A stretch of 46,301 nucleotides of DNA from Candidatus Desantisbacteria bacterium CG1_02_49_89 (GCA_001871075.1 MNUP01000051.1:1-46301); one strand, 5' to 3'; counted from the stretch's first letter, positions 19,443 through 29,877 are shown. The notes: generated by a model not told the origin, from the letters alone. Translations and numbers: made by a program.

Positions 19443-20918
19443 CTATTTAAAGCAGAAGGTGAAAAGCTTCGTGCTTCTTGAAACGAACTTAAGCCTGACC
19501 GGCTTATTTGAAAACCGGCTTACGTCGGTTTTTCCTTTCCAGGAAACCGCCTTCCTTATATAATTCCCGTTTATCACGCCGCAATCGCTTATTCCGTACC
19601 CTTCGATCTCCCTGCCTTTTTCGTCCAAAACCCCCACCCTCGCGCTTCCCGCAGCTCCTGTGTCTATGTTAAGCTCTAATTCTTTGCCTTCAAACAATAA
19701 CGGTTTTGTAACGGCAACTCCGCCTTCGTAATTTGAGTCCAGCGAAGCAAATCCGTCCAGCCTTATTTTCAGCAGCCTGATGACCGAAACTCCTTTTCCT
19801 GTTTTTTTGTCAAGCTTGCCGTGAGTGGTCGAGAACCCGCTGTAATACATCCAGACCTCGTCTTTGACAAAAAGCATTCCCTGTCCCATGTACAGCTGCC
19901 CGTCCTCTTCCCCTTCGGCCGAGGGTTCAAGCTGAACGAAAGGCTGGCGCGATATCCTGTCCCATTTTATCCCGTCCCTGCTCACCGCCATGTGTATGTC
20001 CAGGCAACCGTCATTATTATGCTCTCCGCCGTCCTGCGGTTCCGGAAAATGATAATACATGCTGGGGAACATAAAGTAAACGTTTTCCCCGGCCTTGTAT
20101 TTCACGTAACAGGGATTGTAAAAGTCGCAGTTCGGCGGGTCTTTTCGGTCCGCCCTGAGTATTGTGGGCAGCTCAAGGCTGATTGCCGGCTTTTTTTCTT
20201 TCCCCCACAGATAAAAGGGCGCCTTGTTTTTGGCGTACTGCCAGGGCTGCAGAAGATCATTGATCTCCGCCCTGCATACCACGCGGCGGTTTGAACGGTA
20301 AGGCCCGTTCTCCTCTTTTTCCAGAGACCTGAGTGCTTTTGGGGACAGGTCAACCCTGTTCCTCCACCCGCGTAAATAGGCCGTCCATTTTTGGAGCTTG
20401 TTGTCCCAGAGTATCTGGTTGTTCGTATCGCAGCAGAACGGCAGAAGGACTTTTTCGTTCTTTGACCATTTAAGGCCGTCCGGGGAATACCAGACCGTGG
20501 TCCCCCATTCTATTTCGCTCTGCACGTGGGTGAACCTGAACCTTTGATCCGGGCAGGAAGGATTGAAGTCCACCGTTCCCTCACCGCCTTCCGCGCCCAG
20601 GATATTTGTGTTTTTGATCCCCGCGTAATCCCGCAGGCCCAGTTCCGGCTTTTCCCAGTTTATCCCGTCCCGTGAAACGGCGTAACAGAGAGAATGCTTC
20701 CAGGCGTTGTCAAAAGCGGAATAGAACATTTTATATATGCCTTCGTCCTCGCACGCGCTGAAATACGCGCCCACGATGTAGCTCTCCCACGGCCTGTCGC
20801 TGCGCAGAACTACCTCGGCTTTCCGCGGCCGGTTCATCACGATGCTCACGCCGCTGGTCTTTTTTTTATCCAGCAGCCCCGCGTCTATAAAAAATTGTCT
20901 TCCTTCGCACTTACGCAA
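19443..20918 (-). CDS. Five-bladed beta-propeller glycoside hydrolase-like protein (GH32/43/130-like)
   Basis: Asp-boxes YAVSRDGINWEKP, SPDGLKW, SRDGIKW and C-terminal RLDGFASL. Confidence 0.75.
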   Translation of the reverse strand: MRKCEGRQFFIDAGLLDKKKTSGVSIVMNRPRKAEVVLRSDRPWESYIVGAYFSACEDEGIYKMFYSAFDNAWKHSLCYAVSRDGINWEKPELGLRDYAGIKNTNILGAEGGEGTVDFNPSCPDQRFRFTHVQSEIEWGTTVWYSPDGLKWSKNEKVLLPFCCDTNNQILWDNKLQKWTAYLRGWRNRVDLSPKALRSLEKEENGPYRSNRRVVCRAEINDLLQPWQYAKNKAPFYLWGKEKKPAISLELPTILRADRKDPPNCDFYNPCYVKYKAGENVYFMFPSMYYHFPEPQDGGEHNNDGCLDIHMAVSRDGIKWDRISRQPFVQLEPSAEGEEDGQLYMGQGMLFVKDEVWMYYSGFSTTHGKLDKKTGKGVSVIRLLKIRLDGFASLDSNYEGGVAVTKPLLFEGKELELNIDTGAAGSARVGVLDEKGREIEGYGISDCGVINGNYIRKAVSWKGKTDVSRFSNKPVRLKFVSRSTKLFTFCFK

Positions 20919-20929
20919 TCCCGCCTCCT

Positions 20930-21964
20930 TTAATTATCACGGTTCTTTTTTAAAACGGATTGCTCCGTGTATTTAATGATCTGGTTCATCATGCCAACAG
21001 CCAGGTCAGGGTGGCGGCCCACGGCGGTTTCCGCGGAAAGCATCACGAGATCAGTCCCGTCAAGTATGGCGTTGGCAACGTCCGTGACTTCTGCCCGGGT
21101 CGGGATACGGTCCTCTGTCATGCTTTCAAGCATCTGGGTCGCCGTGATCACGAATTTTCCCGCCCTGTTGCATTTCTTTATGATCTCCTTCTGGATCATC
21201 GGTATCTTGTACACGGGGACGGATATCCCCATATCGCCCCTTGCGATCATGATGCCGTCCGATACCTTGATTATGCCGTCAATGTTGCCGATGGCTTCCC
21301 TGCACTCTATTTTGGCGATGACGCGGCAGCCCGCCGGTCTTCCCGATATCAATTTCTTCGCCATCAGGACGTCTTCCCTGCTTCGCACGAATGAAAGCGC
21401 GATGTAATCAACCTTGTTTTCTATCCCGAACCTGATATCAACCAGGTCTTTATCGGGTATGCGCGGGAATTCCAGCTTTGCTTCCGGGATATTTACGCCT
21501 TTGTGCTCGTTCAGGAGCCCGCCTGCAACAACCTGCGCCCTGATCATCTTCCCGGTCCTGCCTTTGACAACAAGGCACAGCCTGCCGTCATCTATATAAA
21601 TACAATGGCCTGCCTTGATACCCGAAATAGAACCCCGGTAATCGAAAGGGATCAGGGGCAATTCCCCCGTTGTGTTTTCCCGGGTCAGCCATACAACCTG
21701 CCTCTTCCTCAGCTCAACCGCCCTGTGGCCCTTCAGCAAGCCTATCCTTATGCGGTTGCCCTGCAGATCCTGCATTATCCTGACGCGGCGGCGGTATTTC
21801 CTGTTAAGCTCTCTTACGATATCCAGGCGTTCCCTGTGCTCCCGCAAGCTGCCGTGCGAGAAATTCAGCCGGACCGCGTCCATACCGGCCAGCATCATCT
21901 TCCGGATGACTTTTGCCGTGCTGCTTGCAGGGCCCAGGGTGGCGATAATTTTTGTCTTTGGCAT
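20930..21964 (-). CDS. pyk: Pyruvate kinase, short form lacking the C-terminal domain
   Basis: TKIIATLGPAS, RLNFSHG, IAKIE, MIARGD, ATQMLESM, PTRAEVTDVANA, MLSAETAVG. Confidence 0.93.
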   Translation of the reverse strand: MPKTKIIATLGPASSTAKVIRKMMLAGMDAVRLNFSHGSLREHRERLDIVRELNRKYRRRVRIMQDLQGNRIRIGLLKGHRAVELRKRQVVWLTRENTTGELPLIPFDYRGSISGIKAGHCIYIDDGRLCLVVKGRTGKMIRAQVVAGGLLNEHKGVNIPEAKLEFPRIPDKDLVDIRFGIENKVDYIALSFVRSREDVLMAKKLISGRPAGCRVIAKIECREAIGNIDGIIKVSDGIMIARGDMGISVPVYKIPMIQKEIIKKCNRAGKFVITATQMLESMTEDRIPTRAEVTDVANAILDGTDLVMLSAETAVGRHPDLAVGMMNQIIKYTEQSVLKKNRDN

Positions 21965-22019
21965 TGTGTGTAAGCCTAAAACGATTTATCAACGATTTTG
22001 CAGCGATTTTCCAACGATT

Positions 22020-22502
22020 CTATAACGTTTTTTCCAGGAACACCGCTCCCTTCAGCGGGTTATGCCTGTAAGGCCCGATCTCTTGGAAACCCAGGGACTT
22101 GTACAGCGCGTTCGCTTCCTTAAGCGACGCGACCGTGTCCAGCCGCATCCTTTTATAACCTATTTTCTTTGCTTCGGAAATGATCGCTTCCGCCAGTTTC
22201 CTGCCCAGGCCTTTGCCCCTGGACCCCGGCCGCACGAACATTCTTTTCATCTCGCATATTTCTTTGCTGATCTTCCTTAACGCGGCGCATCCCGCTGTCT
22301 CAGCCCCTTCTTCCGCGAGAATAATACATCCATCGGGGCGCGCGTACTCGCCCGGCAGGCCTGCGAGCTCTTCGGTGAAATTCTGGAAATCCAGGCCGAA
22401 ACCAAGCGAATCCGCGTATTCCCTGAAAAGACGGCGCGCGCTGTCTATATCTTCTTCAGATCCCGCTTCTCTCAGCCTTAACCCGGACTCCTTCTTCATC
22501 AT
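22020..22502 (-). CDS. GNAT N-acetyltransferase
   Basis: CEMKRMFV...RGKGLG, LDT, LYKSLGF. Confidence 0.9.
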   Translation of the reverse strand: MMKKESGLRLREAGSEEDIDSARRLFREYADSLGFGLDFQNFTEELAGLPGEYARPDGCIILAEEGAETAGCAALRKISKEICEMKRMFVRPGSRGKGLGRKLAEAIISEAKKIGYKRMRLDTVASLKEANALYKSLGFQEIGPYRHNPLKGAVFLEKTL

Positions 22503-22592
22503 CGTTTACCTACAATATTGAGCTCATCAAAAGGCGTATATAGTTGAATAGTCGAATTGTGTAAGGAAATTTAAAATAAATTCCTTGCACTA

Positions 22593-22744
22593 CCGAAGAG
22601 CCATCGATACAGTTCTGGCTCGAAGGTCCCTGTGTTGAGCTGCGCAGCAGCTACAGGGGCAAATACATCGACCCCGTTCTGACCCGAAGGTCCCTGTGTT
22701 AAGTTCCAGTTTCATCGGAACTACAGGGAAGGGGTTGCAGGGAC
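22593..22744 (+). repeat. Double-hairpin element family 1: one full copy, one 5'-truncated copy and a remnant
   Basis: CCGAA-GAGCCA-N12-TGGCTC-GAAG-GTCCCTGT-GTTG-stem-loop-ACAGGGG at 22593-22660. Second copy at 22666-22729. Confidence 0.85.
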
Positions 22745-23014
22745 AAAACTTTTTTACCACGAAGCTACATTTACAACCACAGGTTAACACAGGTTAACAC
22801 AGTTATGTAACTCAGACCTTCAGGTCTGATAAAATATCAGGGCTGAAGCCCTGAGTTATCCGCCCCGATGTCCATCGGGGCGAGACCTCGCCCCAAAGGG
22901 GTCCCTTTGGGACAATAAAATCCTTGCTGTTGCGTTGACACGCTGACACAGCGCCTGCCCGCCAATCTTGTTGGGAGGGATACGTTGATACGCTTTAAAA
23001 CATATGACTCGTAG

Positions 23015-23245
23015 CTATAACTTCAGCAGCTCCAGCACTTTCATCGTCGCGAACAGCGGCCATATAAAGCCCTTGAAAAAGCCCACCACACCGCCCCAGA
23101 ACGAAACCGCGTGCTTCATGAAATAGATCATCGCCCCGATCACCGTTAAAACATAGCAAAAACCCATGGCACCGCCGCCGTTATCCATTCTCATCCTCCC
23201 TGAAGAACCTTTCTTCTCCGCTTCCTGTCCGCAGCACTCATCCAT
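23015..23245 (-). CDS. Small two-TM membrane protein
   Basis: GGGGGA SD and two hydrophobic helices. Confidence 0.6.
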   Translation of the reverse strand: MDECCGQEAEKKGSSGRMRMDNGGGAMGFCYVLTVIGAMIYFMKHAVSFWGGVVGFFKGFIWPLFATMKVLELLKL

Positions 23246-23303
23246 ACTTCCCCCCTTTCCTTTCAATTTGCAATTTGCAATTTACAATTTACAATGATGG
23301 AAT

Positions 23304-24155
23304 TTATCCAATAAATTGCCTGAGGAATTTAAGCCCGAGCCTTAATCCCTCATCGGTGCGTTCCCCGCCGAAAACCGGGTCCTCGTGCTCGATGGCCATG
23401 TTCCCGTTAAAACCTACGTCGTTCAGCGCTTTCATGAACGCTTTCCAGTCTATCTCTCCCCATCCGGGTATGCGGTACCTCCACCAGCCCTCGCCGTATA
23501 TTCCCGTCCTGCTGTAAACGTCGCGCATGATCTCGGTGTCCTTCGCGTGCACGCAGAAGATCCTGTCCCCGAATTCGTATACCGCCTTAATATAATCAAC
23601 GCCCAGCCAGAACAGATGCGACGGGTCGTATTCAAGCCCTATCGCTTTTGACGGCACCGCGTCGAACAGCGCCTTCCAGGTAGCCGGGCTCATCCCTATG
23701 TTACCTATGGTTATCGGGTAGCTTCCCATGTGCGGGCAGTTTTCCATTGCGATCTTTACATTGTTCGCGTCCGCGGCCTTCGCGTATTCCTTAAATACCT
23801 CTTTATAAACAGGCAGGTTGTCCTGAAGCGTCTTGCTCCTATCTCCCCAGGTATTGCACGAGATCACTTCAACTCCGAGCTGTTTCGCGGTCTCCATTGT
23901 TTTTATCATAAACTTGTTGTTCCACGCGCGTTTTTCCTTATCCGGGTCAAGATGGTTGACAGTGCAGTGCAGCATCCCCACCGCTATCTTGTTCTCTTTG
24001 AACACTCCGGCCGCGTTCTCGATCTGGTCCTTTGTCATACTCGGCAGGTCAAGCGCCCCTCCCGGATTAACCACAACCTCCAGGCAGTCGAATCCTGCCT
24101 GCGCCGCGAACTTAACCCGCTCCTCTTTGTATTCCGTCACAAACCCCAGCTTCAT
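23304..24155 (-). CDS. Sugar phosphate isomerase/epimerase (xylose-isomerase-like TIM barrel)
   Basis: MEN, YDPSH, VHAKD, PGWGEIDW, IEHE. Confidence 0.9.
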   Translation of the reverse strand: MKLGFVTEYKEERVKFAAQAGFDCLEVVVNPGGALDLPSMTKDQIENAAGVFKENKIAVGMLHCTVNHLDPDKEKRAWNNKFMIKTMETAKQLGVEVISCNTWGDRSKTLQDNLPVYKEVFKEYAKAADANNVKIAMENCPHMGSYPITIGNIGMSPATWKALFDAVPSKAIGLEYDPSHLFWLGVDYIKAVYEFGDRIFCVHAKDTEIMRDVYSRTGIYGEGWWRYRIPGWGEIDWKAFMKALNDVGFNGNMAIEHEDPVFGGERTDEGLRLGLKFLRQFIG

Positions 24156-24218
24156 CTTACCCCCGTTTTAGATTCAGAGAGTCAAAGAGTCAGAGAGTCA
24201 AAGTAAATACTCTCTGTG

Positions 24219-24420
24219 CCGTAGGGTCATCAGTGTGGCTCTGACCCGCAGGTCCCTGTGTTGAGTTCCAGCGTTATACCGAAGAACCATTCGCCTCGTT
24301 CTGGTTCGTAGGTCCCTGTGCCGCAGCCCGCCACGAATATTGGCGGGCGTAGGTCCCCCCTGTCACTTTCGAAAGAAAGTAGGGGGGATCCTGGGGCTAC
24401 AGGGATCGGAACTACAGGGA
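24219..24420 (+). repeat. Triple-nested family 1 hairpin elements
   Basis: Outer 24219-24420, middle 24279-24405, inner 24321-24388. Confidence 0.8.
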
Positions 24421-24569
24421 ACTCCGTGCCTCTGTGGTTTGATTTTAACAATGCTCCAAGATGTTCCAACGGTTTATAACACATAACAGTTATCAGCGAT
24501 GAACGAAGAACGATGAACGAAGAACGATGCACGGCTTGCCCGCCAATTTTACTGGGCGGGATGCACGAA

Positions 24570-26519
24570 CTACAGCCACATCAAAAAATTCCCTTTCGCC
24601 CCTGTGAACAGGTCCACGATCACCCATGCTCCCACCGTGACGAATTCGCCGATTATCAGCCCCAGGAACACCGGCATCAGCATCCGGTAGATCTTTATCC
24701 CGCCGAGTTTCACTATAAGGACCTTTGCAAGCCACCCCATCATTGTCATGAACCACAGCCTGCAGGCTGTCCCGGATAATTCCCCTCCCGCGATCAGGTA
24801 TCCTATCGGGTGGAACGGCCACCAGATAAAAACGCGGCCCATCCAGTACAGGAAACCCGTGACCGCGGCTCCTATGCCCATGAACACCACGTCTTTCAGG
24901 CTTGCCTTAACAGGCGTGGTGATATAACTCATCGCGGTGTCCCAGTTATACTGCTTCGGGTACCCGCTCAGCCACCAGGTCTGCCCGAAATTTACCGCCC
25001 CGTACCTGTACGCCATGTTCAGTACCACCACGTAGGACACGACGACCATCAGGATGATAGCGAGCCACATCGAGATGTACAGGCTTTTCCTCTTTATGCC
25101 TGACGATTCCGCCATCTTTATGTTGTTCAGGAAGAACGGCATGAGCAGAACCCTTCCCTCAGCCGGAAAGATGTGGTTGAAGGCGTTCAAAGTCGAAATG
25201 CCCTGCGCGCCTATTACCTGGGACCCGGTCATGGATACGACCGCCTCAAGGGGGAACATGTCATACTGGACAAAGAACAGGCCTGATTCGCTCACGATCC
25301 TTGTTATGACCACCACTGTCAGGAATAATATCGCCGCCCACAGGAACACGGCCCAGAAAGGCGCTCCGGCTGCCATTGCCCAGAAGCAGATGAAAAGAAA
25401 ACCCCCGATAAGGCCGGCGAACGCCAGCAAATATGAGGCTCCCTCTTTCTTATCTTCGGAAGGCGCTCCCTTTCTGAACATTTTCTTTAGCGTATCTGCC
25501 AGTTCCCGCCTCATTGCCCAGAACAAAAGCACAGCGAACGCTATCATCCCTCCCAACTGCTGGTAAGCCAGGAACGACCGCGTGAACCAGCCCCTCACGA
25601 TCGGCATCTGGAAACCCATTGCCGCGCCTGCCACGACCTGCAGCCTGTTGACCCAGTAGAAAAACCATATACTGAAGGATAAAGATGTGGGGATAAGGTA
25701 CGCGAAACCCATTATGCTGGTGGACAGCTTTATCCAGATCGTTATCGAGTTCCACGGCTTGTCCGTGAAATTTATGTAATAGTCGTTCTTGAACGTGGGT
25801 ATTGACGGAAAATAGAAGTGGAGCCCCCTTATCGAATAAATGAGCACGGGAATAAGAAAACCCAGCCACATAAGCTTGTTCTTGAAAAATGAAGGGATGA
25901 GCGATTGCCCTGCCCCGCCTGCTTCTGGTTCTCCTTCCTTTACCATATCCACCGGGACAAGCGCCAGCGGAAAAATAAGTTTTTCGTTCTCCACCCACTG
26001 CTTGCGCACGATCACCGCCAGGCAGAACATCACAAGATACATCGCAAGCACAAGCAAAGTCCACCAGAACAAAGGCGTGATCCAATCCTTGTAAGGGATC
26101 GCCATGCCTTTCGGCAGGCCTTCGTAAAGGTACCTGATAGTATCCGGGTTCTTCGGCGCCATCCAGTCGGGTATCAGCTTGTGCAGGACCTCAACGTAGC
26201 GGTTCGTGGGGTTCGCGTAATAAAAAGGAGAGGCCATTATACCGATCGCGTACAAAACGTAGCCGAAAGAAGGGATCCCGCTCGACACGGCCATCATCGC
26301 GTAGATCAGCAGAAGTTCCTGCGGGGATAACGGGATCTTCAGCGCCTTCAGGAGCGTGTTAAGGACGAACACGAAAAAGAAGAATAAAAATATCGACCCC
26401 ACGGGCATATAGCTCGCGCCGGGCATAACCCCTATCCAGTGCAGGTCGCATACCGGAGTTATTATTCCCAGGGCCGCGACTGCCAGAAGCCCTATCACAA
26501 CCGCCCGCATTCTTAGCAT
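24570..26519 (-). CDS. DUF6785/DUF6784-type polytopic membrane protein (putative oligosaccharide/peptide transporter)
   Basis: Many TM helices. ELLLIY, RKQWVENEKLIFPL, WWPFHPIGY, PVFLGLIIGE. AAAGGAG SD before the ATG at 26519. Confidence 0.75.
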   Translation of the reverse strand: MLRMRAVVIGLLAVAALGIITPVCDLHWIGVMPGASYMPVGSIFLFFFFVFVLNTLLKALKIPLSPQELLLIYAMMAVSSGIPSFGYVLYAIGIMASPFYYANPTNRYVEVLHKLIPDWMAPKNPDTIRYLYEGLPKGMAIPYKDWITPLFWWTLLVLAMYLVMFCLAVIVRKQWVENEKLIFPLALVPVDMVKEGEPEAGGAGQSLIPSFFKNKLMWLGFLIPVLIYSIRGLHFYFPSIPTFKNDYYINFTDKPWNSITIWIKLSTSIMGFAYLIPTSLSFSIWFFYWVNRLQVVAGAAMGFQMPIVRGWFTRSFLAYQQLGGMIAFAVLLFWAMRRELADTLKKMFRKGAPSEDKKEGASYLLAFAGLIGGFLFICFWAMAAGAPFWAVFLWAAILFLTVVVITRIVSESGLFFVQYDMFPLEAVVSMTGSQVIGAQGISTLNAFNHIFPAEGRVLLMPFFLNNIKMAESSGIKRKSLYISMWLAIILMVVVSYVVVLNMAYRYGAVNFGQTWWLSGYPKQYNWDTAMSYITTPVKASLKDVVFMGIGAAVTGFLYWMGRVFIWWPFHPIGYLIAGGELSGTACRLWFMTMMGWLAKVLIVKLGGIKIYRMLMPVFLGLIIGEFVTVGAWVIVDLFTGAKGNFLMWL

Positions 26520-26557
26520 TTTTTTCACTCCTTTACCGTCGCTCAATTTACAATTTA

Positions 26558-26666
26558 TCCCTATAGTTCCTGTTAACGGAACTAACCATAGGGATCCTTT
26601 ATGGACAATTAACAATTTACCCCTTGCAGGTTTTTTATTAAACCCAAACGCAGGGGTTCTTTATGA
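26558..26666. repeat. Two family 2 bulged-hairpin elements inserted in a CAATTTA heptamer array
   Basis: 26558-26605 is identical to 38033-38080. 26620-26666 is a covariant copy. Confidence 0.85.
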
Positions 26667-26762
26667 ACAATGAAGGAATTTGTTGAAATAAAAACCTTGA
26701 ACCTCGGAACCACGGAACTTCGGAACCCCGGAACCAGTATTCTAACGATTTAACAACGATTC

Positions 26763-26880
26763 CCGGAGAGCCATAGACATGGCTCTGGCTCATAGGCCCT
26801 CGCGTTATGGTTTCTTCCTAAAGAACCCTCGTGTGTAGATTTCATAAAAAATCTATGAGGGGTAGAAACCTGCAGAGGGT
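26763..26880 (+). repeat. Family 1 element with a family 2 element nested in its loop (26816-26862)
   Basis: CCGGA-GAGCCA-N12-TGGCTC-ATAG-GCCCTCGC-GTTA-TGGTTTCT[insert]AGAAACC-TGCAGAGGG. Confidence 0.75.
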
Positions 26881-26984
26881 AACGATCTTATACCGGTTTA
26901 TAATAAACTAATTCCTTGCGGTTGCGTTGACACGCTGATACGCTGACACGTTGACACGCTTTTTTCCGTGGACTGTGGACTTCT

Positions 26985-28472
26985 TTAATCCCCGATCCCA
27001 ATCTCCGCCCACACAATATTTGTGTCTTGCCCGCAATCTGCTTCCAGAAGATTGTACCCGGACTGCAGCGCGGGAAGAGGAACTATAAAAACGCACGCCG
27101 GAGATTCCGGCCCGGGATCCGGTATTTTTACAACCCCTATGTTCGGGCAATCCTGGCCGTTCACTTTCACCCTGATCTCTTTCAGCATATCCTTGTTGTC
27201 CGCGGAAATGATTGCCGCTGCCTTTCCTATTACCGGCTTTGGCCCTATATGTATGCGGAATGACGCGGTCTTTCCAGGGCCGCACACCGCCGGCAGCGCG
27301 ATCACCCTGGTTTCTTCAGGCGCCCAGGTATCGGAATAAGTCACGATATGCCGCCGTTCCTTTCCTTCCATACGTTCCAAAGAGCCTATCTCCCGCAGCA
27401 GCTTCGGATAATTTTCCATCCCGTTCATGCAGGTTTCCGAATCCATATAGTTAAAAAGGTATATCCTGTCAGCTCCGCGGGAAAGCAGCGACGTTGCTAC
27501 TCCGCGCGCGGTTTCAATGGTATTTGCCTGCTGCCTGGCGCCGGGATAAGGCTGGACATTGAGTTCCAGGCCGGCGCAAAGCATTGCATTTGTGCCTTTT
27601 AAAAGGTCGCGCCATTCCTCTATCGGCATGTCGAATTCTATGGTTGCCCAGAAAGGCGTTGTCGTCAGACGCTGCACAAGTCCTTCGCGCGCCCATACGA
27701 TAGCATCCATGCCCAGCCCCTGCGCTGTAGCCGGCCTGGAAGGAACGCGCGCTCCGAGTTCTATAGTGTGCCCGCGTTTTTTCGCGGTCTCATCCATAAG
27801 TTCCCTGACCTCTCGCGTAAAACCGGTCAGGATCTCGCTTCCCTCCGCTTCATGGCCCGGCTTGAAATGAAAGCCGAACCGCATCCAGTCCATTTCAAAG
27901 CCGTCAAAATCATAGCGCCGGGCGAGCTCGCGGATAAGCGCCATGTGATGGGCGCGCACCTCTTCTTTCGCGTAATCAAAAGCCCTGTCAGTCCACGCTT
28001 CAAAACGGTCGGTCACGCGCCGCAGATCAGGACGCTTGCGCCACAGGTCTGAATGCAGAAAGCTGTCCGGGTTGTCAACGCAGTGCACGTCGTTCATGCG
28101 CATGCTTATCCACGGAGAAATGCCCGCCTTCCTGCTTTTCGCTATCCACCTGGCGTAGGGGTCGATACCTTTTTTGTGGAGCAGGAGCGCGTTGTGCGGC
28201 CACGCTCTCCACCTCAAGCTTTCCGAAGGTTTTATTCCCGCGAAGAACGGCTGGTCATCATTCCCTTTGGGATCATATCCCTTCCAGATCGGGTCCCAGA
28301 CCTCGCTCGCGTAGCTGGTACGCATAGCGTTGGGGCAGAATAATAATTCCTTCACGTCCGTGCCGGCGTAGGTATCTATGAGCCGGTCAACTCCTGCCTC
28401 GCACATGTCCTTGCTCTGCCTGGACCCGAAAAAATGGCTGTCATCCTCGTTCAGCGATATACCAGACATCAT
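26985..28472 (-). CDS. GHL10/DUF187-like TIM-barrel glycoside hydrolase
   Basis: NEDDSH, SMRMNDVH, YDFDGFEMDWMR, IYLFN. Confidence 0.7.
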   Translation of the reverse strand: MMSGISLNEDDSHFFGSRQSKDMCEAGVDRLIDTYAGTDVKELLFCPNAMRTSYASEVWDPIWKGYDPKGNDDQPFFAGIKPSESLRWRAWPHNALLLHKKGIDPYARWIAKSRKAGISPWISMRMNDVHCVDNPDSFLHSDLWRKRPDLRRVTDRFEAWTDRAFDYAKEEVRAHHMALIRELARRYDFDGFEMDWMRFGFHFKPGHEAEGSEILTGFTREVRELMDETAKKRGHTIELGARVPSRPATAQGLGMDAIVWAREGLVQRLTTTPFWATIEFDMPIEEWRDLLKGTNAMLCAGLELNVQPYPGARQQANTIETARGVATSLLSRGADRIYLFNYMDSETCMNGMENYPKLLREIGSLERMEGKERRHIVTYSDTWAPEETRVIALPAVCGPGKTASFRIHIGPKPVIGKAAAIISADNKDMLKEIRVKVNGQDCPNIGVVKIPDPGPESPACVFIVPLPALQSGYNLLEADCGQDTNIVWAEIGIGD

Positions 28473-28523
28473 TTATCCTTTGTAACCACAGGTTAACACA
28501 GGTTAACACTGTTTACCACGAAA

Positions 28524-28597
28524 GCCCTCTGCTGCTCCGAAGAACCCGGAGCAAAACGCGAGGACCTTCGCCCGCCAATAATCGTGGCGGGCTGCGG
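28524..28597 (-). repeat. Family 1 variant element in reverse orientation
   Basis: Minus strand: CCGCA-GCCCGCCA-N7-TGGCGGGC-GAAG-GTCCTCGC-GTTT-TGCTCCG-loop-CGGAGCA-GCAGAGGGC. Confidence 0.75.
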
Positions 28598-28792
28598 CAC
28601 GGAATTTCTGAAGCACGGAATAATATATAGATTTTGCTGACAACTGACCGTATAAAACAAGTTCCCCTTTCTGCTTTCATGAAAAAGCAGGGGAACAACT
28701 CACAACTGGCAACTGCCTTTAGTAACCACGAATTCTACAAATTCCTTGGACCATGAGCTATGAGCAATGAGCTATGAGCGATTTTAACGATG

Positions 28793-29776
28793 CTATGTCG
28801 CGCAGTATTCTCTCAGCAGTTTCAGGTATATCCTGTAATTTGAAAGCGAAACTCCCGGCGGCGTCTGGTGGTCAACGCTCGGTATATAGCCGCCCTGCTT
28901 CATAACGGGAAGGATCCTTTCAAACTCCGCGCGCATATCGGATTCGGTTTTTACCATGACCATCTTATCATAAGCGCCGGACAACCTTAATTTAGGGTAT
29001 ATCTCGCGGTACTTCGCGATATCAACGCCTGCCTGGCGTTCCAGCGGAACAAACCCATCTATGCCCGTTTCCGCGAACCACGGGATGATCTTGTCTATTT
29101 TGCCGTCTGTGTCTATGAAAGGTATTGTGCCCCTGCTTTTTAATACCGGCGCTATCTTGCGATAATAAGGAGCCATGAACTCATCGAACAGGTTCTTGGA
29201 GATCATCGGGCCGTTATTATATGACATGTCTTCAGCGAACGTCATGAAATCAGGCACGCATATTTCGCAGAATTCGTCGTAGGCCCTCAGGTTGAACTCA
29301 AGCAGATCCTTGTTTATCTCGTGCATCACGCCCGGCGAGTCGTAAAAAGCGAGCAGGTGTTTTTCTATGCCCAAAAGAGAGCGGGGGAACCAGAAAAATC
29401 CTTCCAGGGTTATCCATATCACCGCGTTCCCCTTCCTCTGCTCCTCAGCCCATCCGGAGACCATATTTCTGTCAAACGGCTGTTCAGGGAAAAGGAAGGG
29501 CCTGATACTTTTATATGCTTCTGCGTCAGCATCGGGATATTTTCCCCATTCGCATCCCGGGAACCCTTCTTTAACTGGTCTTATCCATAACTGCTTATAC
29601 GGGTCCAGGCCGAAATATTTTTCGCGTATTTCCGCTGCACTGGTCAGATCCCTGTCCAGCCCTTCTGCCTTCCATCTTTCAATGGTTTTATCCCACCATT
29701 CGCAGAACTCTATCGTGGGGATCCTGTCCGCTTTTTCAAAATTCATTACTTTTTTGAATCTTTCTCTGTGTGTCAA
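28793..29776 (-). CDS. Uroporphyrinogen decarboxylase (URO-D)-family protein
   Basis: MTHRERF...DR.P, EDMSYNNGPMIS, DTDG, GGYIPSVDH. Confidence 0.85.
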   Translation of the reverse strand: MTHRERFKKVMNFEKADRIPTIEFCEWWDKTIERWKAEGLDRDLTSAAEIREKYFGLDPYKQLWIRPVKEGFPGCEWGKYPDADAEAYKSIRPFLFPEQPFDRNMVSGWAEEQRKGNAVIWITLEGFFWFPRSLLGIEKHLLAFYDSPGVMHEINKDLLEFNLRAYDEFCEICVPDFMTFAEDMSYNNGPMISKNLFDEFMAPYYRKIAPVLKSRGTIPFIDTDGKIDKIIPWFAETGIDGFVPLERQAGVDIAKYREIYPKLRLSGAYDKMVMVKTESDMRAEFERILPVMKQGGYIPSVDHQTPPGVSLSNYRIYLKLLREYCAT

Positions 29777-29877
29777 TTATGCCTCGCAACTTTTTAACCA
29801 CGAATTAACACGAATTTCCACGGATTTTAACTATGTAAACTCTGTAAACTTGTAAACTTTGTAAACTTCTAAGTCTG

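Noticed and set aside
24230-24532. Small ORFs over intergenic repeats (also 4990-5275, 22590-22790, 15239-15421, 28513-28698)
   Set aside because: They are translations of hairpin and heptamer repeats with no coding features.
25905-25932. Possible third in-frame repeat insertion (EPEAGGAGQ) in the DUF6785 gene
   Set aside because: Only a short CCTGCCCCGCC resemblance to the repeats, with no complete hairpin. It cannot be supported without an orthologue alignment.
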